Assembly (NCBI GenBank): GCA_964016885.1
Contig: OZ024763.1
Span: 8,494,001-8,558,000 of the forward strand
DNA: 64,000 nt
Source of the DNA: Eledone cirrhosa
Taxonomy: Eukaryota
Direction of reading: 5' to 3'
The notes beneath the pieces are model-generated. The model saw only the letters and a list, made by a program, of their open reading frames with translations. It had not been told where the DNA came from and searched no databases. The translations under genes were made by a program, and so were the position numbers. Of this stretch, positions 16,439-31,400 are shown in pieces. Numbering within the stretch: position 1 is the first letter of the stretch; every line of letters starts with the position of its first letter.

Positions 16439-19400
16439 CTAAAACGGCATCATAAATGACTAAAATGACCCTAAAAGGGCTAAAACAGCATTATAAATGA
16501 CTAAAATGACTCTAAAATAGCTAAAACGTCATTATAAATGACTACAATGGGTAAAACGGCATTATAAATGACTAACATGAGTCTAAAATGGCTAAAATGG
16601 CATCATAAATCACTAAAATGACTCTAACATAGCTAAAACGTCCTTATAAATGACTACAATGGGTAAAACGGCATTATAAATGACTAACATGAGTCTAAAA
16701 TTGCTAAAATGGCATCATAAATGACTAAAATGACTCTTAAATGGCTAAAACGGCATCATCAATGCCTAAAATGGCTAAAACGGCATCATAAATGATTAAA
16801 ATGGCTAAAATGGCATCATAAATGAAGAAAACGACTCTAAAATGTCTAAAACGGCATCATAAATGATTAAATGGCTGAAAAGACATCATAAATGACTAAA
16901 ATTACCCTTAAATGTCTAAAAGTCCATTATAAATGACTAAAATGACTCTAAAATGGATTAAACGGCATCATAAATGGCTAAAATGGATAAAACGGCATCA
17001 TAAATGACTAAAATGACTCTAAAATGTCTAAAACGTCGTTATGAATGATTAAAATGGCTAAAACGGCATTATGAATGACTAAAATGACTCTAAAATGTCT
17101 AAAACGTCGTTATAAATGATTAAAATGGATAAAACGGCATTATAAATGACTAAAATGAGTCTAAAATGGCTAAAATCGCATCATAAATGACAAAAATGAC
17201 GCTTAAATGGCTAAAATGGCGTCATAAATGATGAAAATGACTCTTAAATGGCTAAAACGGCATCATCAATGCCTTAAATTACTCTAAAATGGCCAAAACG
17301 TCGTTATGAATGATTAAAATGGCTAAAACGGCATTATGAATGACTAAAATGACTCTAAAATGTCTAAAACGTCGTTATAAATGATTAAAATGGATAAAAC
17401 GGCATTATAAATGACTAAAATAAGTCTAAAATGGCTAAAATGGCATCATAAATGACAAAATTGACGCTTAAATGGCTAAAATGGCGTCATAAATGATGAA
17501 AATGACTCTGAAATGGCTAAAACGGCATCATCAATGCCTTAAATGATTCTAAAATGTCTAAAACGTCGTTATAAATGATTGAAATGGATAAAACGGCATT
17601 ATAAATGACTAAAATGAGTCTAAAATGGCTACAATGGCATCATAAATGACGAAAATGACTCTTAAATGGCTAAAACGGCATCATAAATGACTAAAATGGA
17701 TTAAACGGCATCATAAATGACTAAAATGACTCTAAAATGGCTAAAACAGCATCATGAATGACGAAAATGGATAAAATGGCATCATAAATGACGAAAATGC
17801 CTCTTAAATGGCTAAAACGGCATCATCAATGCCTTAAATGACTCTAAAATGTCTAAAACGTCGTTATAAATGATTAAAATGGGTAAAACGGCATTATAAA
17901 TGACTAAAATGAGTCTAAAATGGCTAAAATGGCATGATAAATGACAAAAATGACGCTTAAATGGCTAAAATGGCGTCATAAATGATGAAAATGACTCTTA
18001 AATGGCTAAAACGGCATCATCAATGCCTTCATTGATTCTAAAATGTCTAAAACGTCGTTATGAATGATTAAAATGGATAAAACGGCATTATAAATGACTA
18101 AAATGAGTCTAAAATGGCTAAAATGGCATCATAAATGACAAAAATGACGCTTAAATGGCTAAAATGGCGTCATAAATGATGAAAATGACTCTTAAATGGC
18201 TAAAACGGCATCATCAATGCCTTAAATGATTCTAAAATGGCCAAAACGTCGTTATGAATGATTAAAATGGCTAAAACGGCATTATGATTGACTAAAATGA
18301 GTCTAAAATGGCTAAAATGGCATCATGAATGACGAAAATGACTCTTAAATGGCTAAAACGGCATGATATATGACTAAAATGGATTAAACGGCATCATAAC
18401 TGACTAAAATGACTCTAAAATGTCTAAAACGGCATTATAAATGACTAAAATGAGTCTAAGATGGCTAAAATGGCATCATAAATGACGAAAATGACTCTTA
18501 AATGGCTAAAACGGCATCATCAATGCCTAAAATGACTAAAACAGCATCATGAATCACTAAAACGACTATAAAGTGCTTAAACGACTCTAAAATGGCTAAA
18601 ACGTCATTATAAATGACTAAAATGGGTAAAACGGCATTATCAATGAATAAAATGAGTCTAAAATAGCTAAAATGGCATCATAAATGACAAAAACGACTCT
18701 AAAATGTCTAAAGCGGCATCATAAATGATTAAATGGCTGAAAAGACATCATAAATGACTAAAATTACCCTTAAATGTCTAAAAGTGCATTATAAATGACT
18801 AAAATGACTCTAAAATGGATAAAACGGCATCATAAATGGCTAAAATGGATAAAACGGCATTATAAATGACTAAAATGACTCTAAAATGGCTAAAATGGCA
18901 TCATAAATGACAAAAATGACGCTTAAATGGCTAAAATGGCGTCATAAATGATGAAGATGACTCTTAAATGGCTAAAACGGCATCATCAATGCCTTAAATG
19001 ATTCTAAAATGGCCAAAACGTCGTTATGAATGATTAAAATGGCTAAAACGGCATTATGAATGACTAAAATGAGTCTAAAATGGCTAAAATGGCATCATGA
19101 ATGACGAAAATGACTCTTAAATGGCTAAAACGGCATCATAAATGACTAAAGTAGATTAAACGGCATCATAAATGACTAAAATGACTCTAAAATGGCTAAA
19201 ACAGCATCATGAATGACGAAAATGGATAAAATGGCATCATAAATGACGAAAATGCCTCTTAAATGGCTAAAACGGCATCATCAATGCCTTAAATGACTCT
19301 AAAATGGCCAAAACGTCGTTATGAATGATTAAAATGGCTAAAACGGCATTATGAATGACTAAAATGAGTCTAAAATGGCTAAAATGGCATCATGAATGAC

Positions 19401-22400
19401 GAAAATGACTCTTAAATGGCTAAAACGGCATGATATATGACTAAAATGGATTAAACGGCATCATAAATGAGTAAAATGACTCTAAAATGTCTAAAACGGC
19501 ATTATAAATGACTAAAATGAGTCTAAGATGGCTAAAATGGCATCATAAATGACGAAAATGACTCTTAAATGGCTAAAACGGCATCATCAATGCCTAAAAT
19601 GGCTAAAACAGCATCATGAATCACTAAAACGACTATAAAATGCTTAAACGACTCTAAAATGGCTAAAACGACATCATAAATGACTAAAATGACATCTAAA
19701 ATGGCTAAAATAACATCATAAATGACTAAAATGACTCTAAAATGGCTAAAACGTCATTATAAATGACTAAAATGGGTAAAACGGCATTATAAATGAATAA
19801 AATGAGTCTAAAATAGCTAAAATGGCATCATAAATGACAAGAACGACTCTAAAATGTGTAAAGCGGCATCATAAATGATTAAATGGCTGAAAAGACATCA
19901 TAAATGACTAAAATTACCCTTAAATGTCTAAAAGTGCATTATAAATGACTAAAATGACTCTAAAATGGATAAAACGGCATCATAAAGGGCTAAAATGGAT
20001 AAAACGGCATTATAAATGACTAAAATGACTCTAAAATGGCTAAAATGGCATCATAAATGACCAAAATGACGCTTAAATGGCTAAAATGGCGTCATAAATG
20101 ATGAAAATGACTCTTAAATGGCTAAAACGGCATCATCAATGCCTTAAATGATTCTAAAATGTCTAAAACGTCGTTATAAATGATTAAAATGGATAAAACG
20201 GCATTATAAATGACTAAAATGAGTCTAAAATGGCTACAATGGCATCATAAATGACGAAAATGACTCTTAAATGGCTAAAACGGCATCATAAATGACTAAA
20301 ATGGATTAAACGGCATCATAAATGACTAAAATGACTCTAAAATGGCTAAAACAGCATCATGAATGACGAAAATGGATAAAATGGCATCATAAATGACGAA
20401 AATGCCTCTTAAATGGCTAAAACGGCATCATCAATGCCTTAAATGACTCTGAAATGTCTAGAACGTCGTTATAAATGATTAAAATGGGTAAAACGGCATT
20501 ATAAATGACTAAAATGAGTCTAAAATGGCTAAAATGGCATCATAAATGACAAAAATGACGCTTAAATGGCTAAAATGGCGTCATAAATGATGAAAATGCC
20601 TCTTAAATGGCTAAAACGGCATCATCAATGCCTTAAATGACTCTAAAATGTCTAAAACGTCGTTATAAATGATTAAAATGGGTAAAACGGCATTATAAAT
20701 GACTAAAATGAGTCTAAAATGGCTAAAATGGCATCATAAATGACAAAAATGACGCTTAAATGGCTAAAATGGCGTCATAAATGATGAAAATGACTCTTAA
20801 ATGGCTAAAACGGCATCATTAATGCCTTAAATGACTCTAAAATGGCCAAAACGTCGTTATGAATGATTAAAATGGCTAAAACGGCATTATGAATGACTAA
20901 AATGTGTCTAAAATGGCTAAAATGGCATCATGAATGACGAAAATGACTCTTAAATGGCTAAAACGGCATGATATATGACTAAAATGGATTAAACGGCATC
21001 ATAAATGACTTAAATGATTCTAAAATGTCTAAAACGGCATTATAAATGACTAAAATGAGTCTAAGAAGGCTAAAACGGCATGAAACATGAGTTAAATGGC
21101 TAAAACAGCATTATAAATGACAAAATGACTCTAAAGTATCTAAAATGGCATCATAAATGACGAAAATGACTCTTAAATAGCTAAAAGGCATCATCAATGC
21201 CTAAAATGGCTCAAACGGCATCGTAAATGACTAAAACGACTATAGAATGGCTAAAACGGCATCATAAATGACTAAAATGACCCTAAAATGGCTAAAACAG
21301 CATTATAAATGACTAAAATGACACTAAAATAGCTAAAACGTCATTATAAATGACTACAATGGGTAAAACGGCATTATAAATGACTAACATGAGTCTAAAA
21401 TGGCTAAAATGGCATCATAAATGACTAAAATGACACTTAAATGGCTAAAACGGCATCATCAATGCCTAAAATGGCTAAAACGGCATCATAAATGATTAAA
21501 ATGGCTAAAATGGCATCATAAATGATAAAAACGACTCTAAAATGTCTAAAACGGCATCATAAATGATTAAATGGCTGAAAAGACATCATAAATGACTAAA
21601 ATTACCCTTAAATGTCTAAAAGTGCATTATAAATGACTAAAATGACTCTAAAATGGATAAAACGGCATCATAAATGGCTAAAATGGATTAAACGGCATCA
21701 TGAATGACTAAAATGACTCTAAAATGGCTAAAACAGCATCATGAATGACGAAAATGGATAAAATGGCATCATAAATGACGAAAATGCCTCTTAAATGGCT
21801 AAAACGGCATCATCAATGCCTTAAATGACTCTAAAATGGCCAAAACGTCGTTATGAATGATTAAAATGGCTAAAACGGCATTATGAATGACTAAAATGAG
21901 TCTAAAATGGCTAAAATGGCATCATGAATGACGAAAATGACTCTTAAATGGCTAAAACGGCATGATATATGACTAAAATGGATTAAACGGCATCATAAAT
22001 GACTAAAATGACTCTAAAATGTCTAAAACGGCATTATAAATGACTAAAATGAGTCTAAGATGGCTAAAACGTTATGAAACATGAGTAAAATGGCTCAAAC
22101 GGCATCGTAAATGACTAAAACGACTATAAAATGGCTAAAACGGCATCATAAATGACTAAAATAACCCTAAAATGGCTAAAATAGCATTATAAATGACTAA
22201 AATGACTCTAAAATAGCTAAAACGTCATTATAAATGACTACAATGGGTAAAACGGCATTATAAATGACTAACATGAGTCTAAAATGGCTAAAATGGCATC
22301 ATAAATCACTAAAATGACTCTAAAATAGCTAAAACGTCCTTATAAATGACTACAATGGGTAAAACGGCATTATAAATGACTAACATGAGTCTAAAATGGC

Positions 22401-25400
22401 TAAAATGGCATCATAAATGACTAAAATGACTCTTAAATGGCTAAAACGGCATCATCAATGCCTAAAATGGCTAAAACGGCATCATAAATGATTAAAATGG
22501 CTAAAATGGCATCATAAATGACAAAAACGACTCTAAAATGTCTAAAACGGCATCATAAATGATTAAATGGCTGAAAAGACATCATAAATGACTAAAATTA
22601 CCCTTAAATGTCTAAAAGTGCATTATAAATGACTAAAATGACTCTAAAATGGATAAAACGGCATCATAAATGGCTAAAATGGATAAAACGGCATCATAAA
22701 TGACTAAAATGACTCTAAAATGTCTAAAACGTCGTTATAAATGATTAAAATGGGTAAAACGGCATTATAAATGACTAAAATGAGTCTAAAATGGCTAAAA
22801 TGGCATCATAAATGACAAAAATGACGCTTAAATGGCTAAAATGGCGTCATAAATGATGAAAATGACTCTTAAATGGCTAAAACCGCATCATCAATGCCTT
22901 AAATGATTCTAAAATGGCCAAAACGTCGTTATGAATGATTAAAATGTCTAAAACGGCATTATGAATGACTAAAATGAGTCTAAAATGGCTAAAATGGCAT
23001 CATAAATGACAAAAATGACGCTTAAATGGCTAAAATGGCGTCATAAATGATGAAAATGACTCTTAAATGGCTAAAACGGCATCATCAATGCCTTAAATGA
23101 TTCTAAAATGGCCAAAACGTCGTTATGAATGATTAAAATGGCTAAAACGGCATTATGAATGACTAAAATGAGTCTAAAATGGCTAAAATGGCATCATGAA
23201 TGACGAAAATGACTCTTAAATGGCTAAAACGGCATGATATATGACTAAAATGGATTAAACGGCATCATAAATGAGTAAAATGACTCTAAAATGTCTAAAA
23301 CGGCATTATAAATGACTAAAATGAGTCTAAGATGGCTAAAACGTCATGAAACATGAGTAAAATGGCTCAAACAGCATTATAAATGACAAAATGACTCTAA
23401 AGTATCTAAAATGGCATCATAAATGACGAAAATGACTCTTAAATAGCTAAAACGCATCATCAATGCCTAAAATGGCTCAAACGGCATCGTAAATGACTAA
23501 AACGACTATAAAATGGCTAAAATGGCATCATAAATGACTAAAATGACCCTAAAATGGCTAAAACAGCATTATAAATGACTAAAATGACTCTAAAATAGCT
23601 AAAACATCATTATAAATGACTACAATGGGTAAAACGGCATTATAAATGACTAACATGAGTCTAAAATGGCTAAAATGGCATCATAAATCACTAAAATGAC
23701 TCTAAAATAGCTAAAACCTCCTTATAAATGACTACAATGGGTAAAACGGCATTATAAATGACTAACATGAGTCTAAAATGGCTAAAATGGCATCATAAAT
23801 GACTAAAATGACTCTTAAATGGCTAAAACGGCATCATCAATGCCTAAAATGGCTAAAACGGCATTATAAATGACTAAAATGAGTCTAAAATGGCTAAAAT
23901 GGCATCATAAATGACAAAAATGACGCTTAAATGGCTAAAATGGCGTCATAAATGATGAAAATGACTCTTAAATGGCTAAAACGGCATCATCAATGCCTTA
24001 AATGATTCTAAAATGGCCAAAACGTCGTTATGAATGATTAAAATGGCTAAAACGGCATTATGAATGACTAAAATGAGTCTAAAATGGCTAAAATGGCATC
24101 ATGAATGACGAAAATGACTCTTAAATGGCTAAAACGGCATCATAAATGACTAAAATGGATTAAACGGCATCATAAATGATTAAAATGACTCTAAAATGGC
24201 TAAAACAGCATCATGAATGACGAAAATGGATAAAATGGCATCATAAATGACGAAAATGCCTCTTAAATGGCTAAAACGGCATCATCAATGCCTTAAATGA
24301 CTCTTAAATGGCCAAAACGTCGTTATGAATGATTAAAATGGCTAAAACGGCATTATGAATGACTAAAATGAGTCTAAAATGGCTAAAATGGCATTATGAA
24401 TGACGAAAATGAATCTTAAATGGCTAAAACGGCATGATATATGACTAAAATGGATTAAACGGCATCATAAATGACTAAAATGACTCTAAAATGTCTAAAA
24501 CGGCATTATAAATGACTAAAATGAGTCTAAGATGGCTAAAACGGCATGAAACATGAGTAAAATGGCTCAAACAGCATTATAAATGACAAAATGACTCTAA
24601 AGTATCTAAAATGGCATCATAAATGACGAAAATGACTCTTAAATAGCTAAAACGCATCATCAATGCCTAAAATGGCTCAAATGGCATCGTAAATGACTAA
24701 AACGACTATAAAATGGCTAAAATGGCATCATAAATGACTAAAATGACTCTAAAATAGCTAAAACATCATTATAAATGACTACAATGGGTAAAACGGCATT
24801 ATAAATGACTAACATGAGTCTAAAATGGCTAAAATGGCATCATAAATCACTAAAATGACTCTAAAATAGCTAAAACCTCCTTATAAATGACTACAATGGG
24901 TAAAACGGCATTATAAATGACTAACATGAGTCTAAAATGGCTAAAATGGCATCATCAATGCCTAAAATGGCTAAAACGGCATCATAAGTGATTAAAATGG
25001 CTAAAATGGCATCATAAATGACATAAACAACTCTAAAATGTCTAAAACGGCATCATAAATGATTAGATGGCTGAAAAGACATCATAAATGACTAAAATTA
25101 CCCTTAAATGTCTAAAAGTGCATTATAAATGACTAAAATGACTCTAAAATGGATAAAACGGCATCATAAATGGCTAAGATGGATAAAACGGCATCATAAA
25201 TGACTAAAATGACTCTAAAATGTCTAAAACGTCGTTATGAATGATTAAAATGGATAAAACGGCATTATAAATGACTAAAATGAGTCTAAAATGGCTAAAA
25301 TCGCATCATAAATGACAAAAATGACGCTTAAATGGCTAAAATGGCGTCATAAATGATGAAAATGACTCTTAAATGGCTAAAACGGCATCATCAATGCCTT

Positions 25401-28400
25401 AAATGACTCTAAAATGGCCAAAACGTCGTTATGAATGATTAAAATGGCTAAAACGGCATTATGAATGACTAAAATGACTCTAAAATGTCTAAAACGTCGT
25501 TATAAATGATTAAAATGGATGAAACGGCATTATAAATGACTAAAATGAGTCTAAAATGGCTAAAATGGCATCATAAATGACAAAAATGACGCTTAAATGG
25601 TTAAATGGCGTCATAAATGATGAAAATGACTCTTAAATGGCTAAAACGGCATCATCAATGCCTTAAATGATTCTAAAATGGCCAAAACGTCGTTATGAAT
25701 GATTAAAATGGCTAAAACGGCATTATGAATGACTAAAATGAGTCTAAAATGGCTAAAACAACATCATAAATGACTAAAATGACACTAAAATGGCTAAAAC
25801 ATCATTATGAATGACTAAAATGGGTAAAATGGCATTATAAATGAATAAAATGAGTCGAAAATAGCTAAAATGGCATCATGAATGACGAAAATGACCCTTA
25901 AATGGCTAAAACGGCATCATCAATGCCTAAATGGCAAAAAAGAGGCATCATAAATGACTCTAACGACTCTAAAAGGTGTAAAACGGCATCATAAATGATT
26001 AAATGGCTAAAACGACATCATAAATGACTAAAATGACTCTAAAATGGCTAAAACGGCATCATAAATGACGAAAATGGCTAAAATAGCATCATAAATGACG
26101 AGGATGCCTCTTAAATGGCTAAAACGGCATCATCAATGCCTTAAATGACTCTAAAATAGCTAAAACGTCGTTATAAATGACTAAAATGGGTAAAACTGCA
26201 TTATCAATGACTAAAATGAGTCTAAAATGGCTAAAATGGCATCATAAATGACGAAAATGACTCTTAAATGGCTAAAACGGCATCATCAATGCCTAAAATG
26301 GCTAAAACAGCATCATGAATCACTAAAACGACTATAAAATGATTAAACGACTCTAAAATGGGTAAAACGACATCATAAATGACTAAAATGACATCTAAAA
26401 TGGCTAAAATAACATCATAAATGACTAAAATGACTCTAAAATGGCTAAAACGTCATTATAAATGACTAAAATGGGTAAAACGGCATTATAAATGAATAAA
26501 ATGAGTCTAAAATAGCTAAAATGGCATCACAAATGACAAGAACGACTCTAAAATGTCTAAAACGGCATCATAAATGATTAAATTGCTGAAAAGACATCAT
26601 AAATGACTAAAATTACCCTTAAATGTCTAAAAGTGCATTATAAATGACTAAAATGACTCTAAAATGGATAAAACGGCATCATAAATGGCTAAAATGGATA
26701 AAACGGCATCATAAATGACTAAAATGACTCTAAAATGTCTAAAACGTCGTTATAAATGATTAAAATGGATAAAACGGCATTATAAATGACTAAAATGAGT
26801 CTAACATGGCTAAAATGGCATCATAAATGACAAAAATGACGCTTAAATGGCTAAAATGGCGTCATAAATGATGAAAATGACTCTTAAATGGCTAAAACGG
26901 CATCATCAATGCCTTAAATGACTCTAAAATGGCGAAAACGTCGTTATGAATGATTAAAATGGCTAAAACGGCATTATGAATGACTAAAATGAGTCTAAAA
27001 TGGCTAAAATGGCATCATGAATGACGAAAATGACTCTTAAATGGCTAAAACGGCATGATAAATGACTAGAATGGATTAAACGGCATCAGAAATGACTAAA
27101 ATGACTCTAAAATGTATAAAACGGCATTATGAATGGCTCAAACGGCATGAAACATGAGTAAAATGGCTAAAACAGCATTATAAATGACAAAATGACTCTA
27201 AAGTATCTAAAATGGCATCATAAATGACGAAAATGACTCTTAAATAGCTAAAACGGCATGATAAATGACTAAAATGGATTAAGCGGCATCATACATGACT
27301 AAAATGGCTCTAAAATGTCTAAAACGGCATTATAAATGACTAAAATGAGTCTAAAATGGCTAAAACGGCATGAAACATGAGTAAAATGGCTAAAACAGCA
27401 TTATAAATGACGAAATGACTCTAATTTATCTAAAATGGCATCATAAATGACGAAAATGACTCTTAAATAGCTAAAACGCATCATCAATGCCTAAAATGGC
27501 CCAAACGGCATCGTAAATGACTAAAACGACTAAAAATGGCTAAAACGGCATCATAAATGACTAAAATGACCCTAAAATGGCTAAAAAAGCATTATAAATG
27601 ACTAAAATGACACTAAATTAGCTAAAACGTCATTATAAATGACTACAATGGGTAAAACGGCATTATAAATGACTAACATGAGTCTAAAATGGCTAAAACA
27701 GCATTATAAATGACTAAAATGACTCTAAAATAGCTAAAACGTCATTATAAATGACTACAATGGGTAAAACGGCATTATAAATGACTAACATGAGTCTAAA
27801 ATGGCTAAAATGGCATCATAAATGACAAAAATGACTCTTAAATGGCTAAAACGGCATCATCAATGCCTAAAATGGCTTAAACGGCATCATAAATGATTAA
27901 AATGGCTAAAATGGCATCATAAATGACAAAAACAACTCTAAAATGTCTAAAACGGCATCATAAATGATTAAATGGCTGAAAAGACATCATAAATGACTAA
28001 AATTACCCTTAAATGTCTAAAAGTGCATTATAAATGACTAAAATGACTCTAAAATGTCTAAAACGTCGTTATAAATGATTAAAATGGGTAAAACGGAATT
28101 ATAAATGACTAAAATGAGTCTAAAATGGCTAAAATGGCATCATAAATGACGAAAATGACGCTTAAATGGCTAAAATGGCGTCATAAATGATGAAAATGAC
28201 TCTCAAATGGCTAAAACGGCATCATAAATGACGAAAATGATTCTTAAATGGCTAAAACGGCATCATCAATGCCTAAAATTGCTAAAACGGCATTATAAAT
28301 GACTAAAACAACTCTAAAGTGTGTAAAACGGCATCATAAATGATTAAATGGCTAAAACGACATCATAAATGACTAAAATGACACTAAAATGGCTAAAAGA

Positions 28401-31400
28401 GCATTATAAATGACTAAAATGACTCTAAAATGGCTAAAACAGGCATCATAAATGACGAAAATGGCTAAAATAGCATCATAAATGACGAAAATGCCTCTTA
28501 AATGGCTAAAACGGCATCATCAATGCCTTAAATGACTCTAAAATAGTTAAAACGTCGTTATAAATTATTAAAATGGGTACACCTGCTAAATAAATGACTA
28601 AAATGAGTCTAAAATGGCTAAAATGGCATCATAAATGACGAAAATGACACTTAAATGGCTAAAACGGCATCATAAATGACTAAAATGGATACAACGGCAT
28701 CATAAATGAGTAAAATGAGTCAAAAATGTCTAAAACGTCGTTATAAATGACTAAAGTGGGTAAAACGGCATTATCAATGACTAAAATGAGTCTAAAATGG
28801 CTAAAATGGCATCATAGATGACGAAAATAACTCTTAAATGGCTAAAACGGCATCATCAATGCCTAAAATGGCTAAAACAGCATCATGAATCACTAAAACG
28901 ACTATAAAATGCTTAAACGACTCTAAAATGGCTAAAACGACATCATAAATGACTAAAATGACTCTAAAATGGCTAAAACGTCATTATAAATGACTAAAAT
29001 GGGTAAAACGGCATTATAAATGAATAAAATGAGTCTAAAATAGCTAAAATGGCATCATAAATGACGAAAATAACCCTTAAATGGCTAAAACGGCATCATC
29101 AATGCGTAAAATGGCAAAAAAAAGGTATCATAAATGACTATAACGACTCTAAAATGTGTAAAACGGCATCATAAATGATTAAATGGCTAAAACGACATCA
29201 TAAATGACTAAAATGACACTAAAATGGCTAAAACGGCATCATCAATGCCTTAAATGACTCTAAAATGGCCAAAACGTCGTTATGAATGATTAAAATGGGT
29301 AAAACGGCATTATGAATGACAAAAATGAGTCTACAATGGCTAAAATGGCATCATAAATGACGAAAATGACTCTTAAATGGCTAAAACAGCATCATAAATG
29401 ACTAAAATGGATTAAACGGCATCATAAATGACTAAAATGACTCTAAAATGTCTAAAACGGCATCGTAAATGACTAAAACGACTATAAAATGGCTAAAACA
29501 GCATTATAAATGACTAAAATGACTCTAAAATAGCTAAAACGTTATTATAAATGACTACAATGGGTAAAACGGCATTATAAATGACTAACATGAGTCTAAA
29601 ATGGCTAAAATGGCATCATAAATGACTAAAATGGCTCTTAAATGGCTAAAACGGCATTATCAATGCCTAAAATGGCTAAAACGGCATCATAAATGACAAA
29701 AACGACTCTAAAATGTCTAAAACGGCATCATAAATGATTAAATGGCTGAAAAGACATCATAAATGACTAAAATTACCCTTAAATGTCTAAAAGTGCATTA
29801 TAAATGACTAAAATGACTCTAAAATGGATAAAACGGCATCATAAATGGCTAAAATGGATAAAACGGCATCATAAATGACTAAAATGACTCTAAAATGTCT
29901 AAAACGTCGTTATAAATGATTAAAATGGCTAAAATGGCATCATAAATGACAAAAATGACTCTTAAATTGCTAAAATGGCGTCATAAATGATGAAAATGAC
30001 TCTTAAATGGCTAAAACGGCATCATCAATGCCTAAAGTGGCTAAAACGGCATCATGAATCACTAAAACGACTATAAAATGATTCAACAACTCTAAAATGG
30101 CTAAAACGACATCATAAATGTCTAAAATGACCCTAAAATGGCTAAAACAGCATTATAAATGATTAAATGACTCTAAAATGGCTACAACGTTATTATAAAT
30201 GACTAAAATGGGTAAAACGGCATTATAAATGACTATAGTGTGTCCAAAATAGCTAAAACGGCATCATCAATGCCTAAAATGGCTAAAACCACATCATAAA
30301 TGACTAAAATGTGTCTAAAATGGCTAAAATGGCATCATAAATGACGAAAATGACTAAAACGACTCTAAAATGCCTGAAACGGCATCATAAATGATTAAAT
30401 GGCTAAAGCGACATATTAAATGACTAAAATGACATATAAAATGGCTAAAACAACATCATAAATGACTAAAATGACTCTAAAATGGCTCAAACGTCATTAT
30501 CAATGACTAAAATGGGTAAAACGGCAATATAAATGACTAAAATGAGTCTAAACTAGCTAAAACAGCATTATAAATGACTAAAGTGTGTCTAAAATAGCTT
30601 AAATGGCATCATAAACGACGAAAATTTCTCTTAAATGGCTAAAACGGCCTCAGCAATGCCTTAAATGACTCTAAAATGGCTCAAACGTCATTATGAATGA
30701 CTAAAATGGGTAAAACGGCAATATGAATGACTAAAATGAGTCTAAACTAGCTAAAACAGCATTATAAATGACTAAAAGGACTCTAAAATGGCTAAAACGG
30801 CATCATAAATGAGTAAAATGGCTAAAACGGCATCATAAATGACTAAAATGACTCAAAAATGGATAAAACGGCATCATGAATGACTAAAACGGCTAAAACG
30901 GCATCATAAATGACTAAAATGACTCTAAAATGGCTAAAACGTCATTATAAATGACTAAAATGAGTCTAAAATGGCGAAAATTGCATCATAAATGGCGAAA
31001 ATGACTCTTAAATGGCTAAAACGGTATCATCAATGGCTAAAATGGCTAAAACGGCATCATGAATGACTAAAATGACATCTAAAATGTCTAAAACGACATC
31101 ATAAATGACTAAAATGACTCTAAAATGGCTAAAACGTCATTAGAAATGACTAAAATGGGTAAAACGGCATTATAAATGACTAAAATGAGTCTAAAGGGGC
31201 TAAAACGTCAGTATAAATTAATAAAATGGGGGGAAAACGGCATCATATATGCCTAAAATGACTAAAACGGCTATCATAAATGACTAAAATGACTCTTAAA
31301 TGGCTAAAACGGCATGATCAATGCCTAAAATGGCTAAAACGCCATCATAAATGATTAAAATGGCTAAAATGGCATCATAAATGACAAAAATGCCTCTTAA

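Noticed and set aside
16231-16455. ORF spanning the N run
   Set aside because: Gap artefact
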